Shown here one piece after another: positions 13,484 through 25,353 of a stretch of 64,000 bases of DNA (position 1 is the first letter of the stretch; the number at the start of each line of letters is the position of its first letter). The DNA comes from Lingula anatina (lineage: Eukaryota; Animalia; Brachiopoda), in contig CM120640.1 of NCBI GenBank assembly GCA_051362555.1, positions 40,030,788 to 40,094,787 on the forward strand, read 5' to 3'. The notes beneath the pieces are model-generated. The model made no database searches and was not told the origin of the DNA. It saw nothing but the letters and a program-made list of their open reading frames with translations. A program made the translations under genes and the position numbers.

Positions 13484-14160
13484 GCATTTTTGCGGTGACA
13501 GACGCTGTATCAGCTAAACCGAATCGATCATACGGTGCACGCAGTGGAAACTTCCCAGGCAAATCCACTGTCTTTTATACATAATACTAAATATATTTAA
13601 GAGTCATCAAATTTCCTTTCTATGACAGTAGTACCACACTTAAACATTTGCTTAATTGTACCACAGTCTGCCAAATATTGGCATCTTAGATAGTAATAAA
13701 TCAGCTGTTAAGTAAAATGTGTATTTGTCAATTCTCTGTATTCACGCATAGTACTTTCTTTCTACGACATCGATGGCATGAAATGTATTTCATCTTATGA
13801 AGTCTTGCAGCCACTCATTTTAGGCTGTGCGTGTATTTTCACAATTCAGTTTAATTACGGTTTTGTGCATTTTGTATTTTTTACATTAAGCCTTTATGGT
13901 TTTGGTGTAAATATTACATCAGGCACAGTCAGATATGACCACCACGCTTTTTCAATACATGAGTGTAAGATATTCTGAGACATTACCAAGGCATTTAGGC
14001 TGCAAATACTGACAGATTTAGAAAATGGCCAAAATAAATCCCTGAATATAAACCTGCGATTTGAAATGTAAAAGGATCTTCCAACTGTTATATGTTCATT
14101 TTGATATTATTATCAGTCAATAAACAAATTAATTGATCAGATACAGTACGATCCTGGCGA

Positions 14161-14203
14161 CCCCCCCCCACCCCCCCCCCACCCCCCCCCCCCCCACCCC
14201 CCC
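14161..14203. repeat. Interrupted poly-C tract (four G runs on the - strand, G-quadruplex-capable)
   Basis: Four C runs separated by single A. Confidence 0.85.
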
Positions 14204-15466
14204 AGCTCTACAATAGTTAAATAGATAGATACTTCGGGGATGGACAGAGATGAGATGTCGGAAGGGGAATAACAGGGAGAGCGACAAAGGGAGAAATGCT
14301 CGAGACACCATTCATGAAATAGGGGGCAGGGGGTGGGATTGCACAAATAAAGACGCATAATGTAGCCCTTCGTTCTGTTTCCACGGGGAAATATCTTTGG
14401 TAAAGTACCTTTGAGGGTGTTCTATTGAAAAAAAAATCTGCTTCGATTCTCGATAAAGCTTATGTCTCTTATCATATTTCTAGGAAGGTTTACAAAACCA
14501 TGCTGGGTGTTTTGGATTTATGTTCTATGGATAAGATAAAGTTAATCCTATTATTTATTAGGTGGGCGCAATACAATATAATAAATATTATCGATTGAGG
14601 ATAAAGATTAGCGATAATTCGATAGGGTTATTCTAATTGTCTATCTACACCTTGAATAACGTGTGAAATTGATGGCACGATATATCAAAATTGGAAAGGT
14701 CTTAGTGTTATTAATAGGTTTTCGAGCACTTATGGATAACTTTGTTTTTCGGAAACCTACCCACAAATTGATCGGGGTTAGTTTTTGCTGTCAAGAGATA
14801 TATCCAGTGGTCATTCTTTGGCATCAAAAATCAAATTTCCCACACTTACAAAAAGTAATTCCCTACAAAGGGTGGTTTTTTGCTGCTAAGTGATGGATTT
14901 TTAGCCCATTTTTGACGCCCTAAATCAGATCGGCTTCCCACGAGTATAAAAGAAATCTTTTTAAGGGGCTACTTCTTGTAGTTAACAAATTGATCTTTTG
15001 GTCATTCTTTTACGCCCTAAATTACATTTGAAACCCACACTTTGAAAATTGAATCATTAGAAAGGGGAAAGTTATGCCACTAATGCACACTGTCAAAACA
15101 GTGTTTAGTTTTTAAACTCATAGGCCTATAACACACGTTTAGCACCTGAACGCATTTAGAAAATTTGTAAAAGCTAAACATGTCAAGCTTCTCACAGAGG
15201 ACAATGCCAGACGTGCTTAGCACTGTTACAGGCTTAGCTGTGTTTAGCTTCACCGGTATATGAATCTGTACTAAGTTTATCGCAAGGCTAAATAGATTGG
15301 CTAAGTACTTCCCCAGCTAAGCGCGTACATCTGCTAAATGTGCGGAGCTGCCAAACGTGTGGAACTGCTAAACGCAGCCAGCACGGATACTCGATGGAGT
15401 TGGATAAACTCGAGAAGCCATTCATTTCTGAAGTTGTGACCGTCAGCATCTATCTGTAACTGTATC

Positions 15467-15526
15467 GGATGGCTTAGTGGTTAGAGTTCCCGCATACGAA
15501 GCTGGAGAACATGAGTTCGACTCCGT
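15467..15526 (+). other. tRNA-derived (Arg-ACG-like) SINE-head or tRNA pseudogene
   Basis: A box TGGCTTAGTGG, B box GAGTTCGACTCC, anticodon arm CCCGC-ATACGAA-GCTGG; no complete acceptor stem. Confidence 0.55.
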
Positions 15527-15870
15527 CTGTGTATCTATACCAGTCTTTCAAGAACACGACAAAATAACACAGTATGACACAATAATACAATTTCTGGCGG
15601 TTTGGCCAAATAATAACGACATAATTACCTTCTAAATGACAGTAATGTGTAATAATTCAGGTATCAATATTATACCAAAGCCAATGTGTCATGTACATGT
15701 AGCTCAGTTTTAACCTGTGTAAAGTTATCACGTATTACTGCATGTATATTATAATTAATATTAAAGTATATCCACTTTACATATTACGCTACTTATGTAT
15801 TTGTTTGGTCATAAACTTTTGTTAAAATGTGCTAGAGCTTATAAAGATTATCATTTTTGTTATCATAAAC

Positions 15871-16127
15871 GATACCTGCTGTGCTTGGCACCCAGCACTT
15901 AGGGGTTGAAGCAGGGATAAAGTTCCTGGTCTGGCAGAGAAATAAATTTTCGTTTGCTAGCTTTCAGCGCTTCGTACGGCATGCTGGGCTATAACCTCCC
16001 CAGGGAGGCGGTGGCGTCAACATCCAGATTGTACCAGGGCCAAAACTGACCAGGCGTCCGTAAACTGCGCGGAGACGCATCAGTAGTGCGGTATATAAGA
16101 AGTGAACTCTCCCTTTTTATTTATTAT
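15871..16127 (+). mobile_element. SINE body and 3' tail fragment
   Basis: GCTTGGCACCCAGCACTTAGGGG and CTCCCCAGGGA central motifs; tail GTAAACTGCGC...GCGGTATATAAGA...TTATTTATTAT resembles L2-mobilised SINE ends (recognised by eye). Confidence 0.5.
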
Positions 16128-17898
16128 ACTGTATTAATGATGTGTATTAATGATATGTATTGGCCTGACTCAATAAATTTCATATCTACCCGAAACGGGT
16201 TATATTGCCAAACACATAAAGGTTTAACGCATGTTTTACGATTAGGAGCTAATCTTGTTTAGCAGCTAAAACAGTTGAAAAAATGAGACAAATCAGGCGC
16301 TTAAGAATGTGTTTAGGAGCTAAACACTGTTTTTTGCAGTGTATGGAACTTATTGGACATTCATTGACGCTCAAAATTAAATCAGCCACCCAAAAAACAC
16401 GTGTTTAAAAAAAATACTCTAAAAATGATCCTTTCGATCTCATTTTAACATCCATAATTAATTTGTTATTTACGCCGTAACAGTAGTTACAAAACAAATG
16501 TTACGTGTACCCCTATTACAGTTTTTCACAACTGCTTTGCAGATAAATTCTAAAAGAGGGTATTTTGTCAATGTTTATGCTGTTGGTCATTCCATTTGTC
16601 TTAATATCTCTCTGTACACACAGCAATGATAAGAAACGTACACAAAACATGGCTTGAATAAAAATCACATTATTCAGAAAACATTTATATGTTAACTTTG
16701 ATATGATACTCCTAAAACATCACGTAAGTGCAACCTACGAGATTTTTCGCCCACAACACAAATTCACCACCCTAATTATTCTCAAGACAAAGCTTTTTTT
16801 CCCCTCAGAATTATTACTCAGATGTAGCTTATATACCCGAGTAAATGTTTGATGTAAATCCCGCTGTGGATAATCAAAGCGATCTGTCTTAATCCATTGC
16901 AAATTACACCTACACTACAAAGTTAAGTAAGACTCCTATGGCAAAATGGATAATTTAGCACTGTTTTGGGCACCTACTCATGTATTACCGTCGGTATTGG
17001 GGAGTTGGTCTCGAGTTTATTTTCCCAATTAACGGGCACTCCATCCAGTTATCGTCCATTGGACTTTTCTCTTGATGCTAATACGATAGACCCTATTGGC
17101 TTTTCAAATGTTTACAATAAACCTACTTCAAAGCACCGCCGATAGATACTTCACCTCGGGATTTGTCATCGATTTCTCATCGTTAAACTATCCATCCATT
17201 ACTAATAATTTATACACATGCATAAACCACTCAACGGCTGCACACTACTGGAGGTAAGGGGAAGAGAGATTTTGAGATTTATTTAATTTTCAATAGGATA
17301 ATGGAGAGATGAGGAATCAGCCATGGAGATATTGGGTCGGGGATAGTAATATCATATCGTATAACGCCATGTTTAGCCCAACTTATCTTCAGTTTACCAG
17401 CGGTATGTACCAATATGCATGTATTAAAAGTAAGAAAGAGAAAGGATCTAAGAATTTATCCTGTCATTGTCAATAGGGAAATGGAATGATTTGTCCTCAA
17501 GTATGAGAGAACCCCGGATTAAGAAACGCATTATGATAAAGTTGTTGGTTTCACTCAAATAGGTCACATTTCTGACTGCTCTAATAGGCATTATTGATCC
17601 GCGATCTGGCAGTGACAATACACATACATGGCTATTAAAGCGGACGTGAAATAACGAACAAAACTTAGTGTCATACTGTATGCCCATTATTGAAGCAATT
17701 TAGCAATGTTAATTTGCCAGGTAGCATCTTCTAATAGTTAAGACATCAAAACACCTCCGGTTACCATGGCTTCTAACAACACTACACTACACGTCCCGAT
17801 CCATGGTGCCGTGTCTACAGAATAGAATCGCCGTTTACAGAAAATGTGAAAATAATTGCATTCCCTGTGGTGCACATTTTAAGTAGTATCACGAAGCG

Positions 17899-17910
<12 letters not shown>

Positions 17911-17984
<74 letters not shown>
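17911..17984. repeat. (TA)n microsatellite
   Basis: About 37 TA units. Confidence 0.97.
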
Positions 17985-17987
<3 letters not shown>

Positions 17988-20900
17988 CTATTTCTACAGA
18001 ACACAAAAGTACCTACCTTATCTTTGTGTTGCCAGACGTCCCCCTGCACTCCGGGGGAAGCAAAATTAGGAGTAGCCTTCGAATGTGAACGTCCTGCTCG
18101 TCCAGACGCTGCCATAATGAGCGAGTGTTTCTTTCTATGGCAACGAAGAACAATGATGGCGTAAAGTATACCACAGTCACAATAGGGATGATTACTGCTT
18201 AAACCAACTGATCGCTGTCTATTTCTAGTCCAGTCGTGTATTGTTTTCTTGACTGCAAATTAGTATGCACTTAATTAAGGTATCCACTGGCGTCCGTCGT
18301 GATGCAATTCCTATGAAATCTTAATGTGCAATGCAGGAAATGTAATTTTCCTCTGTGGTACCCATGTTATTGGCATGCATACAGAGCGTATTATGGGAAA
18401 AAACTTCTAAATGATCCACTCCTTGCTAGGGCTTCCTACGTTTCTGTATATTTCTACATGTCAATGCACCGCGCGCAGCGCGGTAACGTGCTCCAATAGG
18501 ATACCACAGAGAGACAGAGAAAGAGAGAGAAAGATCGAATCTACCATCTGGTTATTTGCCCATGCATCAATCTCTTTAAGTAGCCAATCGCTTGTGAAAT
18601 AACTCGATGGCTGTATTTCAATATCCACCTCATGGAGAATGGCTCATTTATGTGCGGAGTAAAATCACTCAGCTGCGCTGTCTCACGTCAACCGATATTG
18701 AGTCTCAGAAGAGTTCTCACGCTGCCAGATCTCTGAAACGAATGTTTGAAGTTTTAATAAGATTGTCGGGTCAAAGGTTAACTAACTTGACGTTGTGTCG
18801 TTGCATTGTGAAAGGGGGTGGATTGCCTAAAGAAATCGTAAGGCAAAGATGGAAATTATTGATTGGAATATACCTGTGATAAAAGGACAATGGAATGAAC
18901 GGTGTACCTTCAAATGTTGAACTGATGTAAAAACACAGTTGTTGAGAGTAAATAGCGGTGAAAGGGATCAAAATCGATAGGGTCCCAATTTTTCCTTGTT
19001 AAAATTGGCAATACAATATCTGACACATTCCTTCATTTAAAACATAATTCAAACGTTTGTGTTTCATGCACATGTATAAGTTGATGAATCCACGTTAGGG
19101 TTTCATTTTTTCCTGGCGTTACCAAACATCTTGCAAAGCTGTACAACAAAACGCACAAGATTGTTGTTTGATTCAGAAGTAATTTGAAAACGTTCTACCT
19201 GTATATGCTGATAGTGAAATAACTTGTTTTTACTTTGACCTTCAGTTTTTGAAATACGATTAAAACCGTGGGCCGCCCGTAGGTGCTGCTTAACAATATA
19301 TCGGCTAAAAATCAATGCTTTGACATGTACGGTATTTGTGGTAAGTGAAATTACACAACTCTCCAAATTCAAATTTCGATGACATTCAATTTTAACTTGG
19401 GAGAGCATATAAGCACGTAATTCAGGGGCAACAACAACAACAACAAACATGCAAAGTTTAACATTTAGACACTACGTGCCTCGACGGATCTCTGTGTCAG
19501 TTTAAACCATCAAACCTGTGTACGTGCTGAGGATTTGCAACAAAACAAATTTTGTTGTGATTGCTTTTCTGGGAAATCTAATGGTTCGTTTTCAACAAGC
19601 CAATGGCTATGGACGACGCCAGGGGGTCATAGGCCTAGTGGATCACCAGATTACATATTGCCAATAAAACCTCAACGTGCAAAAGCGATTCGACGAGGGC
19701 TAATTAGAAAGCCTTTGGTCCAATAAAAAGGGAAACATTCCAAGAGCAAATATGGCGAGACCAATGTACATTGAAAATGACGAACGCTCAGCCACCTATA
19801 GAGACATGCTTACTGGATTACCAGGAAACTTTGTTCCAATAAAAAGCCCAAAGACAATATACAAAACGATCAACAACTATACTACTTGACATTTTCTAAT
19901 GGCATCATATCCGGCATTCGAATGATCCATTTATAATCACGATATGCATTTACAGCTCTCATCGTCACACATGATGGTTGCTTTCACATAACAATGGTCA
20001 ATTTATCTAATGCTTACAAATTGCAACAGATCCAATTGAGCAATAAAGAGGCAATAACAGAGCAATGATTTTTGGCATTGGCAAGAATGCCTCTTAAGCC
20101 GGTTGTAAAATGAACGGGATTCCACTTTGTATTTGTTTATGGAATAATCATTCTTATAGTGTTTGTTTGTTTGTTTGTTTGTTTGATACTGAATTCTAAG
20201 CTATCGAACACCCTGGTACATGTACTCTGTCTGTTGATGGTGCGTCATTTCTACATGAAGGCTATTTTTTTAAATTAGGATAGTAATAGAAAATACCTTT
20301 AAGAAATACAGACGAGAATTCTCTGCATATCATACCATGGTTAAAATGAAAAGCATGTGAAACAACGATTAAGTAGCCATGTTGTGAATAAACGGTCTGT
20401 TTTGAAGCAATTAAGTCGGTTCAAATTACATCTGCACTTATGAAGACCAACATATCAGAATAATATAATCAAAGGGACGTACGAAATCGGATTGACATTT
20501 TTCTATGTGAAAATTAGGCTAGAACTGCCTCACAGTTTCGTCATCAGACTAAAAAATGCGAAAGAAACGTTCCCTCTGAAGTTTCAACCTCATAACAGCT
20601 ATATTTGAAGATGACGAAAGCCGGTTTGCATTGAATAACTAATGATTGTTTCTTGGTGCCACCCTGGTTGCATATCTTGTAAGTCAAAATACAAGCCTTA
20701 CCTCAGTCACATACACTGTCTAGCTCTGCCATTGACACAAATGTTAGAGGAATCGGGACTCAGCTGCAAACCATAATAACATGGTGGGCGGAACAGATTG
20801 TTCGTGGGAAACCTGCTTTTAATTTTTTTCTTATTAATGCATTGTCAGACCATAAGCCCTTGAGACCACCAGTTAAGCTTCCAAGGATAGTTTCCATGAA

Positions 20901-21520
20901 ACCAACGGTGTCTCTTTCTACACAACTGTCACATTTGGAGTACTACAGGCTTGTTACTAGAAAGATGTGTGTAATACACATTGTACAGAAACGTTTAATT
21001 CCTAAGTAACACTGTAACGGTGTACTTATTCATGTATATTTATTATCAACAATACTGTCGTGATTTACACAACACAGCCTTCACCCTAAGGTTCTGTGTT
21101 TGCATGCACCTTCAGATAAAGGGTCCCTTGATGTCACCAGATCTAAAGCAGGGATGAGGTTGCATGTTTAATCAGATTGGGAACCACGTCCCTGCAGGAT
21201 ACGTGAGCATCATTATCAAGTTGATAAAAAACATCTGCACTCGCCTTGACCGTGGTCAAATGGCCAGGAAGCAACGCCTACACAACTTGCCTTGAAGGTA
21301 CTTTAAATTAAAAACGTACATGTCTATCGCCTTGCAACATGAGGAGGTTTTTATGTTTGGTATGAGAATCTTAATGCTATAAGTCTAGTTTTTATGCAAA
21401 GATAATCAATAGATAATATTCAAATAAATTAAATATTTATTACATTTTTGCATCAGCATTTTCTAACTGTAGATGGAATCAATTAGCAGGCACACAGAAC
21501 ACACTGCTGGACGTTTTAGG

Positions 21521-24500
21521 TAATGTCCAGGAAATTGGTGAAAAATTGTGCATTTTTTACCTACAAGCATGAAATTTGGCACACTTATGGACAATAAAAT
21601 TCTAAGCAAATTTGGATATATGGGCATGTCTGAAAATTCCAAAATGGCCGTCAAATCCAATATGGCCACCAAAATACCTTTTCAAATTAAAACTTCAAGT
21701 ACATAGTCTTCTAATGACTTAAAATATCATATAAAGGTTAGAAAACACCATGGTATGAATCCTTCAGGTGTATTAAATCCAAAATGGCCGCCAAAAGTAA
21801 AAAAAGCAGACCATTTATTCAAGATATCCATTTGAATGGGGAATTCATCAAGCACTTAAAACTACAAGCATAAAATTTGGCAGGTTTGTGGAAAATGAAA
21901 TTCTGAGCAAGTTTGGATGTATGGGCATATCCGAAAATTTAAAAATGGCCTTCAAATCCAAGATGGTCTCCAAAAATACGGCTTCTAATTAAAACTTCAA
22001 GTATATAGTCTTTTAAGGGCGTAAATATCATATAAAGGTTAAAAAACACCACGGTATGAATTCAGAATCAATATTTGCTTTTTTAGGTGTATTAAATCCA
22101 AAATGGCCGCCAATAGTAAAAAGCACTCTACTAATCCAAGATATCCAGCAGAGTGGTTAATTCATCAAAAACTACAAGCATGGCATTTGGTACAGTTGTA
22201 AAACAGTATTCCAAGCACTTTTAGATGTATGAGCATGTCTAAAAATTTCAATATATGGCCCCCAAATCCAATATAGCCGACACAAATACCCGTTCAAATT
22301 AAAACTTCAAGTATATATAATCCTATCATAACTTAAGATAACATTTTATGGTTAGACAAGACTATGGTATACATGAAGTATCAATATTTGATTCTTTAAG
22401 TGTATAGAAATCCAAAATAGCCTCCAAAAATAAGAAAAACAGGCCACTCACAGCAGCAGTATGGTGAATTTATCATGCACTTAAAACTGCAAGCATGAAA
22501 ATTGGGTCAATTGTACAGAACAGGATTCTAAGCAATTTGTTATATAGGGACATGTCTGAATATTCTAATATGGCCACTAAAACCCTTTTAAAGTAAAAAA
22601 AGGACTACTATATAATCTGACTGACAACAGTCTTTACTCTTTTTTGGTTTTTCGCTCCTTTAGTTACATTTAGACCCAAATGACCATAAAAAATGGAACA
22701 GGACTCCTTTTGGTCTAGTTGTGACACCACATGCCGCAATTCTATAAATGTGAAGGATATGAAAATGTCAAGGTATTTTCACAAATAAGTTTCAAATTAA
22801 CGAAAGTTATTTTATCAAGTAAGTGTTGCACATTTTATGGGCGGTCAACCTTTTACTTTAGTAAATGGACAATATCTCAACAGAGGATAACAGCTAGCTA
22901 CACCGAAATTTCTACTTATTTGGTTAAATAATTTTCATTCATTAATGTGTGCCTAGCTTTACTAGTAGTTGTGTTTCCCTCAGCTTTCCCAGTATTTCCT
23001 TAAAGCTAAAGCTTCTACATGTAATCCACTTTCCAACAAAAATACCAAGAGGCATTGGTCGTTTTTAACACCAGAAAGCATCAGTTTACATGCATGAGGG
23101 TCAATAGGAATATGAAAGTGTGGTAGGGCATAGTAGTAGATGTAGGTTACTAGTGTGAACCCTTATAGGACCAGTCTTCCAATGCTTCTGACTCAGTTTA
23201 CATGCATGACGGTCCATAGGAACATGAAAGTGTGGAAGGGCATATTAGTAGATGTAGGTTACTAGTGTGAACCCTTATAGCACCAGTCTTCCAATGCTTC
23301 TGACTCCCCTCACCACAGTTAGCAACTGCACACATAACTACAAACAGATGTGGTAGGAGCTACCTGGTAGATTTTGTAAGCTGGGTAAGTGAATACTCCT
23401 CATGGCTTCATTCTGGATTGTCCCACAGAGACAATGATGCCGGAAATCTCATGAATTTTTACCTTTCAAAGTCCATATTGCACTAATTTCTTGTAAAATC
23501 CTCAGAATACATCGTTTTTTGAAGTTTTGTATGTATTAACTGTCTGGAGGATTTTAATTCTTTTATTTTCATGTTCAGTTTTTTGAAAGTATAAGTTTGT
23601 AACTAAACAAGTTGCCAAATGATCAAATGAAAACCAACGTTTGGCGCCTATAGATCAGTGCTTCTTTTTTAGTGCACGAAGTGTGAAGTCTGCAATGCAA
23701 CTCTTGGATACAGCACGTATCAACACCTGCCCTCTGTTTGGGGTACAGGTATTTCTTTGCTCATAAATTTTCACTAAATTCTCGGTAGCCATTACTGCGA
23801 ATGTACTAAAGCCAATTTTTAAAATAAGAAGCTTTTCTAATTTACTTTTGAAGCACAAGATAACATCATAACATTATCGAGTGCAAATGTGCCCCACTTT
23901 TAGTACTTTACCAATGAAAAACACCAAATTGTTGAGACCTGTATGTTTGATTAGCTGTCATTTTTGTTATATTTATGAGCATTTGATGAAGCGCCATGCA
24001 CTGATCTAACTGAAGAATCATAACCAACAGACAAAATTGGTACACCCCAAGTTTTTTATATTTGCCTCTTAAAGGCTAAGTTATTCTGGTGTTTCTTTCA
24101 CATTTTATGGATTTTGCACGATACTTTTTTTCTTAGAAAGGGGGAGTCACTCATGAGTGCCATATAAGAAGATTGCTAACTGGGAATTGATCTTAATGAG
24201 AATCCAGAGCAAAAAGTCAAACTACTTATGTTGGTTTATCAAAAGAAGGACTTTTTTCAGTACATAATAAATGAATCATGCTTGTTGGTTTTTTAAAAAC
24301 TCTGTAGAATAGCTCCTGCACAGGTAGGAATATGCTGATTATACAGGTAGTTTGCAAAGCCCACATGCCTATTCCCGAGTGATTACAATTCAATAGTTGT
24401 GGTCTGCTGACTTTTGGAGGCCATTTTGGAATTTTAAAACCTTAAGTGGCAGATATTGATACTTCATACATACAATGGTATTTTCTAACCATTAAATGAT

Positions 24501-25029
24501 ATTTTTATAAAAGACTATACAAATAACTTTCACCTTGATAGGGTATTTTGGGGGCAATATTGAAATTGGCTGCCATATTGGAATTTTCAGACATGCCCCT
24601 ATATCCAATGTTGCTTAGAATCATGTTCTACATAACTGTGCCAATTTTTATGCTTGTAATTGTAAGTGCTTGATGATTTTACAAAATTGCTGCATATTTT
24701 GTGTAAGTAAACTGCTTATTTTACTTTTGGAGGCCATTTTGGAATTCTATACACCTGTAGAAGCGGATATTGATAATTCATTCATAGCATTATATTTTCC
24801 AGCTATAAAATGATATTCTTAACCATTTTAGGACTATATATTAGATGTTTTAATTTAAAAGAGTATTTGTGGCGGCCATATTGGATTTGGCGGCCATACT
24901 GGAATTTTCAGACATGCCCATATATCCAAAAAAGCTTAGAATTCCATTATCTACAACTGCGGCAAATTTCATGCTTGTAGGTAAAAAACGCACAATTCAC
25001 CCTTTTTTCTGCACCAATTTCTTGGACTA
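21521..25029. mobile_element. ~3.5 kb DNA transposon with long, internally repetitive TIRs (Academ-like), internally degraded
   Basis: Left end GTCCAGGAAATTGGTG...TACCTACAAGCATGAAATTTG is the reverse complement of the right end (…CATGCTTGTAGGTAAAAAA…CACCAATTTCTTGGACTA). About 3.5 copies of a ~300-nt unit (CCAAAATGGCCGCC) on the left and ~2 inverted copies on the right. Family name inferred. Confidence 0.8.
23081..23306 (+). repeat. 112-nt direct tandem duplication inside the large transposon
   Basis: TCAGTTTACATGCATGA...CCAATGCTTCTGAC starts at both 23081 and 23193 with few mismatches. Confidence 0.9.
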
Positions 25030-25254
25030 TATGCCTGTATAGTACGCCTTTAGTACCTACACAAAAAACTACACAAGTAAAAGAGTCAAAATGTACTTCC
25101 GAAATTCTTCCATTCAAGTCTTGGGAAGTCTGGGAAAGATTGCAATTTATTTAACATACACGGATATCTGAGGATGATTCCACGTTAGTCAGTTCGTCAT
25201 TAAATTTAAGCATATTTGAACTGAACATAAAACATACATCATTTTTTGATGATT

Positions 25255-25274
25255 TCTCTCTCTCTCTCTTTCGC

Positions 25275-25352
<78 letters not shown>
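25255..25352. repeat. Compound (CT)n-(GT)n microsatellite
   Basis: Directly visible. Confidence 0.95.

Positions 25353-25353
<1 letters not shown>

Larger units (their letters stand above)
15088..16341. mobile_element. Non-autonomous DNA transposon with CACTG termini (EnSpm/CACTA-like)
   Basis: CACTGTCAAAACAGTGTTTAG...CTAAACACTGTTTTTTGCAGTG with ~30-nt TIR; 2-nt flanks CA/TA; many GCTAAAC/GTTTAGC subterminal repeats; interrupts an older diverged repeat array (14790-15085, 16343-16450). Confidence 0.75.

Noticed and set aside
13535-13560. kappaB-like GGAAACTTCCC next to an MRE-like TGCACGC (another kappaB-like site at ~10123)
   Set aside because: Short motifs expected by chance; no associated gene.
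15467-15526. Functional tRNA gene
   Set aside because: Acceptor stem is missing and it lies inside a transposon; kept only as a tRNA-derived fragment.
17750-18170. X-box-like (GTTACCATGG, TTTCTATGGCAAC) and ACTACA..TCCC motifs suggesting a promoter
   Set aside because: No downstream exon chain could be built and the motifs are imperfect.
19560-19700. Faint resemblance to a Harbinger transposase motif
   Set aside because: Requires several frameshifts and lacks clear catalytic residues.
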